35,576 bases of DNA from Octopus bimaculoides (Eukaryota): the NCBI RefSeq assembly GCF_001194135.2, contig NC_068987.1, forward strand, positions 77,354,310 to 77,389,885, given 5' to 3'. The notes under the pieces are model-generated. The model saw only the letters and a program-made list of their open reading frames with translations. It was not told the origin of the DNA and made no database searches. The translations under genes were made by a program, and so were the position numbers. Below are positions 23,445 to 33,315 of the stretch, piece after piece; position 1 is the stretch's first letter, and each line of letters starts with the position of its first letter.

Positions 23445-24130
23445 ACCATGCCATGTTTAATTGAAGCATTCCTCTGGTTACAGGGAGCCTCTCTTGCAGG
23501 TCTTTGCTGAAGTATGCTATTTCTGCAATTCTGGGGTCATGAGTGTATGTATGTATGTATGTATGTATGTATGTATGTATATGTGTATGTGTGTGTATGT
23601 ATGTATGTATGTATGTATGTATGTATGTCATTATTCAGTCCATTTCAAGATTTTTTGGCAATTCCTTCATTGGAATTTCAACATCAACAACAAGGTATTT
23701 TTGTTTGTTTGCATGTATGTATGTATGTATGTATGTATGGATGGATGGATGGATGGACGGATGGATGTGCAGATTTGTATGTTTTNNNNNNNNNNAGGCC
23801 GTGTATTACATATCCCAGGGCCCCAATAGTTACAGGAACAAACCTGAACTTGTAATCTGGATAGAACAACTGCAGATTTCTCAATAGTTCATCATAAGTG
23901 TTCTCTTTTTCACTGATCTTCAGCTTTATGTCAACATCCGCTGGGCAGCTAATTTCTACAACTGTGCCCAGTTTCTCTTCTCTATCCCAAATCATTATAT
24001 CAGGTCTGTTGTGCTTACATTTTATTGAGGTCTTCACTGATAATATATTTGTGCATGTATGTATGTATATATGCATGCATGCATGCATGCATGTATGTAT
24101 GTATGTATGTATGTATGTATGTATGTATAT
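23445..24130 (-). mobile_element. Younger R4/Dong-clade RLE fragment plus putative 3' UTR pieces separated by (CATA)n arrays
   Basis: KTSIKCKHNRPDIMIWDREEKLGTVVEISCPADVDIKLKISEKENTY...VPVTIGALGY (24045 to 23797) is a PD-(D/E)xK restriction-like endonuclease of R4 type. The UTR assignment of 23629-23695 and 23445-23542 is inference. Confidence 0.85.
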
Positions 24131-25507
24131 TTGTATGCTACCTATTCGTATATATGGAGACCTGCTATGATTTTACAGTCGTATTGAATAGTAAAACTAT
24201 GTTTTAATTTTATCTTTTATATTAGATCTCTTTTATATTTTCATATAATTTCTTTACAGTTCGTTTGAAAAATATATGCTTAAGCAAGTGACACACGTCA
24301 ACAGAATTCACATCCTGAAAATAGGCTGAAATTCTTGAAACATTCATGCATTAATTTTATTGTTTCAAACAAACTGCAAGAGATTCATACAACAGTATGA
24401 AAAAGACAAAACTACAACACGGTACAAACCATATTTTCCGATGCTACTCTATCTCTTTCTCTTTCCCTTTCTCTTCCTCTATCATTTTTCCCCTTCTCGT
24501 TGTTCCTCTTTACTACTACGTATCTCGCTTTACCCCTCTCGTTATTCCTCTGTTACTACTACGTATCTCTTTTTTCCCCCTCGTACTTCCTCTCTTTCTC
24601 TTTTCCTCTCTTCCTCTACTTCCCCCCTTTGTTTCTCCCTCTACCACTCTCTCTCTCNNNNNNNNNNNNNNNNNNNNNNNNNNNNNNNNNNNNNNNNNNN
24701 NNNNNNNNNNNNNNNNNNNNNNNNNNNNNNNNNNNNNNNNNNNNNNNNNNNNNNNNNNNNNNNNNNNNNNNNNNNNNNNNNNNNNNNNNNNNNNNNNNNN
24801 NNNNNNNNNNNNNNNNNNNNNNNNNNNNNNNNNNNNNNNNNNNNNNNNNNNNNNNNNNNNNNNNNNNNNNNNNNNNNNNNNNNNNNNNNNNNNNNNNNNN
24901 NNNNNNNNNNNNNNNNNNNNNNNNNNNNNNNNNNNNNNNNNNNNNNNNNNNNNNNNNNNNNNNNNNNNNNNNNNNNNNNNNNNNNNNNNNNNNNNNNNNN
25001 NNNNNNNNNNNNNNNNNNNNNNNNNNNNNNNNNNNNNNNNNNNNNNNNNNNNNNNNNNNNNNNNNNNNNNNNNNNNNNNNNNNNNNNNNNNNNNNNNNNN
25101 NNNNNNNNNNNNNNNNNNNNNNNNNNNNNNNNNNNNNNNNNNNNNNNNNNNNNNNNNNNNNNNNNNNNNNNNNNNNNNNNNNNNNNNNNNNNNNNNNNNN
25201 NNNNNNNNNNNNNNNNNNNNNNNNNNNNNNNNNNNNNNNNNNNNNNNNNNNNNNNNNNNNNNNNNNNNNNNNNNNNNNNNNNNNNNNNNNNNNNNNNNNN
25301 NNNNNNNNNNNNNNNNNNNNNNNNNNNNNNNNNNNNNNNNNNNNNNNNNNNNNNNNNNNNNNNNNNNNNNNNNNNNNNNNNNNNNNNNNNNNNNNNNNNN
25401 NNNNNNNNNNNNNNNNNNNNNNNNNNNNNNNNNNNNNNNNNNNNNNNNNNNNNNNNNNNNNNNNNNNNAGAAAAAATATATATATATACATTCGTACGTA
25501 CAAATGC

Positions 25508-25584
<77 letters not shown>
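25508..25584. repeat. (GATA)n microsatellite
   Basis: Directly visible. Confidence 0.95.
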
Positions 25585-25585
<1 letters not shown>

Positions 25586-25652
25586 TTTGCATATATATAA
25601 TATACATGTGTGTCTACAAATATATTTGTGGTGGGGCGTGCGCGAGTACATG

Positions 25653-25702
<50 letters not shown>

Positions 25703-26712
25703 AATATAGCAAGTTAGTAGGAAGAATATAATCCAGGCGCTTACCTAAGAAAGCACTCAAATGGACGACGACTATCTGAAAAACACAGAAAGAGAAAATC
25801 CTCCGTGGAAACGGAAACGGATATTTCAAATTGGCAGAAATTCCCTAAGCTTCACTTCTGTCATAAAATATCAATCAATAACAGAAACTAAAGATTGGCA
25901 TTCATGATATTTTTGTTTCATGGTTAACAATTGTTTCAGCCAACAACATCACGGTGACTATTCACTCATTTTGTCTGCTAACAATGAACTAGTTACGCAT
26001 GCTACATAGTGTATACTACTTGGTTGTCCGTCGAAACTGGGTACAAAAATAATACGCAAAATAATCAGCCGTCTCGCTTAAATAAGAAACGTTTTGCGTT
26101 AATCAGAATGGACGGCGTTAAAATTTAGAACGTTATCAAGCGTAATCAACTCATAAGTTGGTCGTCTAGACATACGACGTATTTTGGACATTATAAATTT
26201 GGCGAAACACATCTGATTTATTCCTCAAAAGAACAGAAAGACCAAGAGAGGAAGAATAATCGACTCCAGTCTTGAACTGAAACTTTATATATCGAATATC
26301 AATGGATAAAAGATAGAGTTGACATCAGCAGGAATTGGTTCTGTAATTGTTCACGACGGCCTCCGAAGACTATACTAGTTTTTGCATTGATTGATATATC
26401 GACGAAGATTTCATCACCTATTTGGTACAGTTTTTAGAACATTTGTTAGAAAGTTTGAAGTTTTTTCTGTTTAACAAAACACTAAAAGTAATTTCTTGCA
26501 CATCTGCAGACCATTATATTAGGAATTAAACTGCAGATGCATTTAAGGAAGCACTTATCATAATAATAATAATAATTATTATTATTATTATTACCTCAAT
26601 CCTTTATATATTAACCAAAATGAAGTAGATTGACAAAATTCTTTTTTGAACCTGTTGAAGACACAAAAGATGTCGAAATATCGTTCACTAGATGACAATG
26701 GCACTCTACTAC

Positions 26713-26743
<31 letters not shown>

Positions 26744-26749
<6 letters not shown>

Positions 26750-26855
26750 TCCGCCTTAGCGATGGCGGAGGTAATGTTTCAGTTGTGTTTGTTTGTTTGT
26801 CCGTGGACAAGATATCTCAAGAACCGCTAGATGAATACGGATGAATACGGATTAA
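26744..26855 (+). mobile_element. Helentron-associated non-autonomous element (HINE/DINE-1-like) end
   Basis: Perfect 12-bp hairpin attacctccgcc-N8-ggcggaggtaat, then a (GTTT)n tract and gatatctcaagaaccgct.gatg, the layout I recognise for these elements. Confidence 0.65.
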
Positions 26856-27295
26856 ATTGTCCATGAAGACGCTTCTAGCTCCACCGCTCCTCATTTTGTT
26901 TCTGCCCGTTCTTTTTTGCAGTCTGCTTGATCCATTTTGCTTGTTTTGAGGCAGTAGTTTCAGGTACTTCAACTATTTCAGGGTTAATGTCAAGTTCCCT
27001 TGCGAATTTGCAAGGTTCCTTTACAATAGAATGGGATTTTTTGCTGCTTTCGTGCTTGCTCATAAGTCGCAGCGTCCAATCCTCTGTACTAGATAAGTAC
27101 CTGTTCACTGCTGTTGTGAAGGTCTTATAGCACAGTTCTACCTGCATCATTCCTCTTCCCCTATTACTCCTCGGTTGGTACAGACGATCAGCATCTGCTT
27201 CTGGGTGGGGAATATTCTTAGAAGTTAGTATTTTTCTTGTCTTCCTGTTCAGGCGTTGGAGCTCTGTAAGATTCCAGTTAATGATGCTTAAACTG
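26854..27295 (-). mobile_element. R4/Dong-clade fragment (region just after the RT domain)
   Basis: IINWNLTELQRLNRKTRKILTSKNIPHPEADADRLYQPRSNRGRGMMQVELCYKT...EERWS*KRLHGQF, in one frame with a single stop. Confidence 0.85.
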
Positions 27296-27296
27296 A

Positions 27297-27329
<33 letters not shown>

Positions 27330-27574
27330 GTTGTTGTTGTTGTTGTTGTTTTTTCTTCTTTCTTCAAATTTTCTTCCTATTCTCGCCGAGTGTTTTCTGT
27401 ACACCTAGGGAGGAGAAGTTCATTGTACGCATTCCCAGTTTACACACGCAAATTCACAGGTAAAATACGTATTTAAAAAATTAATAAATAAATAAATTCA
27501 TGAATAGATGTTGTTTTCACAGCGATAATGCTCTTCTCAGTACATGAGTCGTTTCAGTTAACACGATTTATCAT

Positions 27575-27577
27575 TAC

Positions 27578-27654
<77 letters not shown>
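27575..27654. repeat. (TTA)n microsatellite
   Basis: Directly visible. Confidence 0.95.
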
Positions 27655-27655
<1 letters not shown>

Positions 27656-27880
27656 GGCCGGGTAAAAAGCTTAACGGCATTTGGTCCGTCTTTACATTCA
27701 GAGTTCAAATGCCGTCGAGGTCGACTTTATTTTTCACCCTATCGAAATCGATAGAAGAAGTACCATTTGAGCGGTGGGAGCCGATAAAATAAGTACCAGT
27801 CGAGCACGGGGGTGGCTGTGATCGACTTATCCTCCAGCCCGAAATTGCTGGTCTTGTGTCAAAATTTTGAACCACTTTTT
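27655..27880 (+). mobile_element. 5'-truncated family A SINE with a duplicated gataaaataagtacca motif
   Basis: gagttcaaatgccgtcgaggtcgactt...gatagaagaagtacca...gataaaataagtaccagt. Confidence 0.75.
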
Positions 27881-28045
27881 TTAAAGCTGTACTTATTTCG
27901 TAAGTGATTTACTTCTAAAATCATGCTTCGGAAATAAAAATTGCATCGTACTACAATCGTCGTCGTTATTAAGAAATCATATACAGAGTTACATTCACTT
28001 TCCATGTGTGAGTTTGTCTCTTTGAAAGGTGTTATATAAATGATT

Positions 28046-28374
28046 GAAGGCGTATGGCTCAGTAGTTAGAGCGTCGGGCTTACAATCATGAGGTAGTGCG
28101 TTTGATTCCCGGACCGGGCTGCCTGTTGTTTTCTTGAGCAAGACACTTTATTTCACATTGCTCCAATTCACTCAGTTGTAGAAATGAGTTGCGACGTCAC
28201 TGGTGCCAAGCTGTATCGGCCCCTTTGCCTTTCCCTTGAATAACATCGGTGGCGTAGAGAGGGGAGGCTGGTATGCACGGGAGACTGCTGGTCTTCCATA
28301 AACAACCTCGCCTCGGAGGGGAACTTTCTAGGTGAAATCCTATGATCATTCATGACCGAGGAGGGTCTTTACCC
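28046..28374 (+). mobile_element. Family D SINE head with a different 3' tail
   Basis: tggctcagtagttag A box, tttgattcccgg B box, cttgagcaagacactttatttcacattgctcc CORE-like; tail unrelated to that of 6266-6592. Confidence 0.8.
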
Positions 28375-28557
28375 TATATACTTGATTTGAATTGGTTGCT
28401 TCGACTTCGCTGAGTATTTGTATTGCATGTGGACGTATGTATGTTATATGTATAATAACTTGTAGCTATTTCATACTTGATGTTTATGGTTATTTTGAAG
28501 GCATACGTTAGGACTTTTCTGAATTAGTTTATTTTATGTCCCTCCAAGCGTGTTCCT

Positions 28558-28760
28558 GCAAAGCACATTTTGGGTTTTAACGGTATATAACATGAACACA
28601 AACACAGAATGGAAAATAATAGACTGCGCAGCCCTTTACATAAATTGCTACAAAACATGCTATCTAGCATTGCAGAGAAATACAGCATAATCACACAATG
28701 CATACACTTGCTAAACAGTAGAAATGAGATCTTATCACGCTGCTGACAACAAAACATGTA
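28558..28760 (+). mobile_element. Penelope-like element GIY-YIG endonuclease C-terminal fragment
   Basis: With two frameshifts: AKHIWVLTVYNMNTNTEWKIIDCAALYINCYKTCYL/IAEKYSIITQCIHLLNSRNEILSRC*, matching the Penelope-type pattern K.IW..W.II..A..Y...C.LC..EK..I..LLN.R.E..S.CRH. Confidence 0.75.
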
Positions 28761-28931
28761 ATTTTAATGCAAACTACTGGGTATGAATTCATTTTACATT
28801 GCTACATCTCACTAACCATGTTATAGCTGAAAAGAGAATAATTTTGAATAGGTCTTCAACATCGTTGATTAATATATATATATTTCAATATAAGATTCTC
28901 ACTGCTGCGCTGATCTGGGGAACCAGTTTTA

Positions 28932-29215
28932 AGTTCCTCTTACCAAATAGTCAACGTTAGTAGATAATTCTCGGTTGTAAGAGTGACAAATGCATTTTAT
29001 GAGAAGCAAGTCTGGATTATCTAATTTCATTAACGCGTAGAGAGAATTATTAACGCCACATAGGTTTGTAGCTCCGTCTGATGCGACCACAAAACAGTTT
29101 TTGATATTAATTCCCACATCACTTAGTAACTTTTTCATTTGATGTAACACTTCAGTAGCAGTTTTTGAAACACGAATTAACCCTAGAAGCTGTGATACAA
29201 TTCTATTTTGGTGTT
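28932..29215 (-). mobile_element. hAT-superfamily transposase fragment
   Basis: LLGLIRV...KKLLSDVGINIKNCFVVASDGATNLCGVNNSLYALMKLDNPDLLLIKCICHS: the DG(A) catalytic motif followed by CxxH, typical of hAT. Confidence 0.7.
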
Positions 29216-29720
29216 TATTGTATTGTCTAACGCACGCACACAGACACAAATAGATAGATAGATAGATGCTTTTCATAACCAATACCGCTTGACTTATCCA
29301 AAAGCAAGAATAAAATATAATAGTTTACGGTCTTAATTTATTCTTTCAGTGTGTGTGTTGGAGGAGGGGGAGTACAGACACGCACATACACACATACTCA
29401 TAATACTCAAAAGAAATAAAATAGAGAATTAATAAAAGTTATAGTAGGACAGAAAAGAAGACTACACCACAGTTGTATTTAAATATGTATATTAAATGTT
29501 GTGTTTTACGAACAATAGCGTCGCTTTGCGATCGTCTAATCACTGGTTCACTGCATTTACGATGGCCAAAATGACAAGGAATCGTAAAACTCGGGCGGAA
29601 CAAACACCACAGGAGAGTCTTTACCTCGAAAGTGACGGCTTCTCGGTTTTCTCGTGAATGTTTACATATTCGCCGATATATATATATATATATATGGTGG
29701 TAGTCGTGGTGGTGGTGGTG

Positions 29721-29756
<36 letters not shown>

Positions 29757-29914
29757 CCGGGGAGTTCGATTTAATAGCTACAGAATATGGTAATGAGTAA
29801 AATCTAGTCTTTGAAAATCTAAAATGGACAAAGAGAACAATTTCTTTTATTTAACAGAAAACGAATGAAATAGCAGTGAACACAATGGCAGATCTGTTAA
29901 CATTTCCAAGACAT

Positions 29915-29931
29915 TTACTTACACGCACACA

Positions 29932-30002
<71 letters not shown>

Positions 30003-30390
30003 ATATTTATACAAGTATATACACATATATATATATATATATATATGTGTGAGTGTGAGTGTGTGTGCGTATATATATGATAGATAGATGGATAGATAGA
30101 TAGATGGACTGACTGACAGACAGATAGACAGACATATACACCAAAATATACGTATATGCACAAATGCGAGTGTGTTTGTATGTATGTATATATGTATGTG
30201 TGTGTGCGTGTGTGTATACATATACATTTACATACACGCACAATCATTTCCCCCATGCTTATGCATGTACATTCATATATACGCATAAGCAATTACACAC
30301 ACACACACATATACACACAACCACTCACGTGCACATTACAATTATAAAGACACAAACACAAACATGCATCCTCACACACCCACTCACATT

Positions 30391-30435
<45 letters not shown>

Positions 30436-30455
30436 ATGTATGTATGTATATTATT
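29915..30455. repeat. Compound (CA)n/(TA)n/(GATA)n microsatellites
   Basis: Directly visible. Confidence 0.9.
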
Positions 30456-30629
30456 CTCTGCTTCTTTTTTTCTTCTCTATGTTTTATTTATAGTTTGTTC
30501 TCGTTAGTAAATCTGTGAAACATTTGTGTTGAGAGAAAAAGAAACCATTTTTCTAGCATAGATAATGCTGTTGCGTAATAATAACTGTAATTGTGGAAAG
30601 GTTGATTGCAAGCGAGTCTTCTTCGCCAC

Positions 30630-30910
30630 TCCCACCATCATGTGTATATTCCTTGTATCACTATTGCCATGACCACCACCCACTATCGCTACCATCATCT
30701 TCACCATCTAGACATCTCCTCTGTTACTACCCGCGTCACTACCACCACCACTACTATTACCACTACTTCTACCACTACTATTACTGCTACAACTACTCCT
30801 ACCACCACCACTACTACTACTAATACTACTAATATTATTGCTACAACTACTACTACCACCACTACCACCACCACTAATACTACTAATATTACTGCTTCTA
30901 CAACTACTAC
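30630..30910. repeat. (ACC/ACT)n low-complexity block
   Basis: Directly visible. Confidence 0.9.
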
Positions 30911-31305
30911 ATGGCTGTGTGGTTAGGAAGATCGCTTAGCAAGCATATGGCTTTGGGTTCAGTCCCTTCCCACTTTGTGGCACCGTGGGTGAGTGTCTTC
31001 TACTCCAGCTGACTAATGCCTTGGGAATGAATTTCGAGAGGGAAACTGTTTGGAAGCCCGTTGTATGTGCGTACGTATATATGTGTGTGTGTCTTTGTGC
31101 TGGCGTTTGTTCCTCAACCGTGACTTGGTAACCGGTGTTAGTGTGTCTACATCCCGTAATTCTTTTCCTCGGCAATAGAGACCGATAGAATAAGTACCAG
31201 ACTTACAGAAAAAAAAATATTGGGGTCGATTTGTTTGACAAAATCTCTTCAAGGCAGTGCCCCAGCATGGCCGCAGTGCAAAGATTGAAGCAAGTAAAAG
31301 ATGTA
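30911..31305 (+). mobile_element. Full-length, diverged family B SINE
   Basis: atggctgtgtggttaggaag...gggttcagtccc...gtgtcttctact...gaagcccgttgtatgtg...gaccgatagaataagtacc...ggggtcgatttg...cagcatggccgcagt. Confidence 0.85.
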
Positions 31306-32107
31306 AAAAATAAACAAAACAAAAAACAAGCACTACCAGCGCTACCTTTGGGAGTCTCTATGCAGTCGCTCGAGCTGGTAGAAATAACACTCAAATTACA
31401 CCTAACGAGGGGAAGTACATGAAATTTCACCATCACCACCGCNNNNNNNNNNNNNNNNNNNNNNNNNNNNNNNNNNNNNNNNNNNNNNNNNNNNNNNNNN
31501 NNNNNNNNNNNNNNNNNNNNNNNNNNNNNNNNNNNNNNNNNNNNNNNNNNNNNNNNNNNNNNNNNNNNNNNNNNNNNNNNNNNNNNNNNNNNNNNNNNNN
31601 NNNNNNNNNNNNNNNNNNNNNNNNNNNNNNNNNNNNNNNNNNNNNNNNNNNNNNNNNNNNNNNNNNNNNNNNNNNNNNNNNNNNNNNNNNNNNNNNNNNN
31701 NNNNNNNNNNNNNNNNNNNNNNNNNNNNNNNNNNNNNNNNNNNNNNNNNNNNNNNNNNNNNNNNNNNNNNNNNNNNNNNNNNNNNNNNNNNNNNNNNNNN
31801 NNNNNNNNNNNNNNNNNNNNNNNNNNNNNNNNNNNNNNNNNNNNNNNNNNNNNNNNNNNNNNNNNNNNNNNNNNNNNNNNNNNNNNNNNNNNNNNNNNNN
31901 NNNNNNNNNNNNNNNNNNNNNNNNNNNNNNNNNNNNNNNNNNNNNNNNNNNNNNNNNNNNNNNNNNNNNNNNNNNNNNNNNNNNNNNNNNNNNNNNNNNN
32001 NNNNNNNNNNNNNNNNNNNNNNNNNNNNNNNNNNNNNNNNNNNNNNNNNNNNNNNNNNNNNNNNNNNNNNNNNNNNNNNNNNNNNNNNNNNNNNNNNNNN
32101 NNNNNNN

Positions 32108-32332
32108 GCTAAGCATTTCGCCCGGCGCGCTAACGTTTCTGCCAGCTCACCGCATTCCTTTCCAATCGATTATCGAGATCGTTAAGGTGGCGAGCTGGTG
32201 GGATCGTTACGTTCTGAGTTCAAATTCCACCGAAGTCGACTTTGCCTTTTATCCTTTCGGGGTCGATAAATTAAGTACCAGTTACGCATTGGGGTCGATG
32301 TAATTGACTTATCCCCCACCTCGAAAATGCTG
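32108..32332. mobile_element. Two divergent (head-to-head) family A SINEs
   Basis: Minus-strand head at 32108-32153 and a plus-strand, internally deleted copy at 32184-32332. Confidence 0.85.
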
Positions 32333-32369
32333 TTTTTTTTGCCAAAATTTTAAACAAATTTTCAACTCA

Positions 32370-32535
32370 AAAAAGCTACCCTTGCGCAGAAGGGTATGCT
32401 TTGATGGGTAGAAAAGAACGCGTCGGATATTGTATCTTAGATTCTTGGGATTTAGAAAATACGAGTTAGTCACGGTTGGTATGCCTTTGATTAAAGGTCT
32501 GTTCAATCAGGGACATTCCTGGGACTACACAGCAG
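32370..32535 (+). mobile_element. Family E copy
   Basis: gtcacggttggtatgcctttgattaaaggtctgttcaatcaggg...gggactacac, followed by (AAC/AGC)-rich sequence. Confidence 0.55.
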
Positions 32536-33195
32536 CAAAAACAACAGCAACAGCGAAATTGTGGTTGCAAAAAGCTCACCCACCACTAACAACAGCGAAA
32601 ATAACATCTCGAACGCAGTCAACACCCTACCATCATCATCATCACCATTATCATCATCATTAACAGCAACAGCAGTGAAAATACCATCGCAAAGAGCACC
32701 ACTACCGTCATTACTACTATTACTACCTCTACAATCAGTACCCCCAACTAACAAAATCACCACCACCATCACTGGCATCCTTATGACCCCTACTACCATC
32801 AGGATTGACATCATCATCAACACCACTACCGTCATCACCATCACCATCACCCGACAACCATCATCACCGCCATCATCATCACCACCACCACCACTACCAT
32901 CATCATCATCACCACTATCACCACCACCACCATCATCCACATCCCGATCATAATCACCACCATCATCACCACCACCACTACCATCACCACCACTACCACC
33001 ACCACCACCACCACTACTACTACAACCACTACCACCATCGCTAACATCAGCAGCAGCGAAAATAACATTACAAACACCATCATCACCACCACCACCACAA
33101 CCACCACTGCCATAATTATCGTTACCATCACCACTTACATTAGCAACAGCGAAAATTTTCGCGAACATTCCCACAATCACCACACCCACCATCGT
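32536..33195. repeat. (CAC/CAT/AAC)n low-complexity block with a recurring cagcgaaaat motif
   Basis: Directly visible. Confidence 0.9.
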
Positions 33196-33204
33196 GATTC
33201 CTTT

Positions 33205-33315
33205 AAAAAAAATCTATATAAAAAAATATCTCTATATTAAAAAAAAATATCAAAATAAAAAATATCTATATAAAAAAATACCTACATAAAAATATCTATA
33301 TAAAAAAAAATATCT
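33205..33315. repeat. AT-rich minisatellite (unit about aaaaaatatctatat)
   Basis: About 7 imperfect units visible. Confidence 0.8.

Noticed and set aside
22515-27295. One R4 element scrambled into shuffled order
   Set aside because: Two of the fragments each contain their own RLE domain, so at least two independent copies are required.
32503-33192. His-rich or Gly/Asp-rich protein ORFs
   Set aside because: Alternative readings of one trinucleotide low-complexity block, open on both strands because the triplets lack stops.
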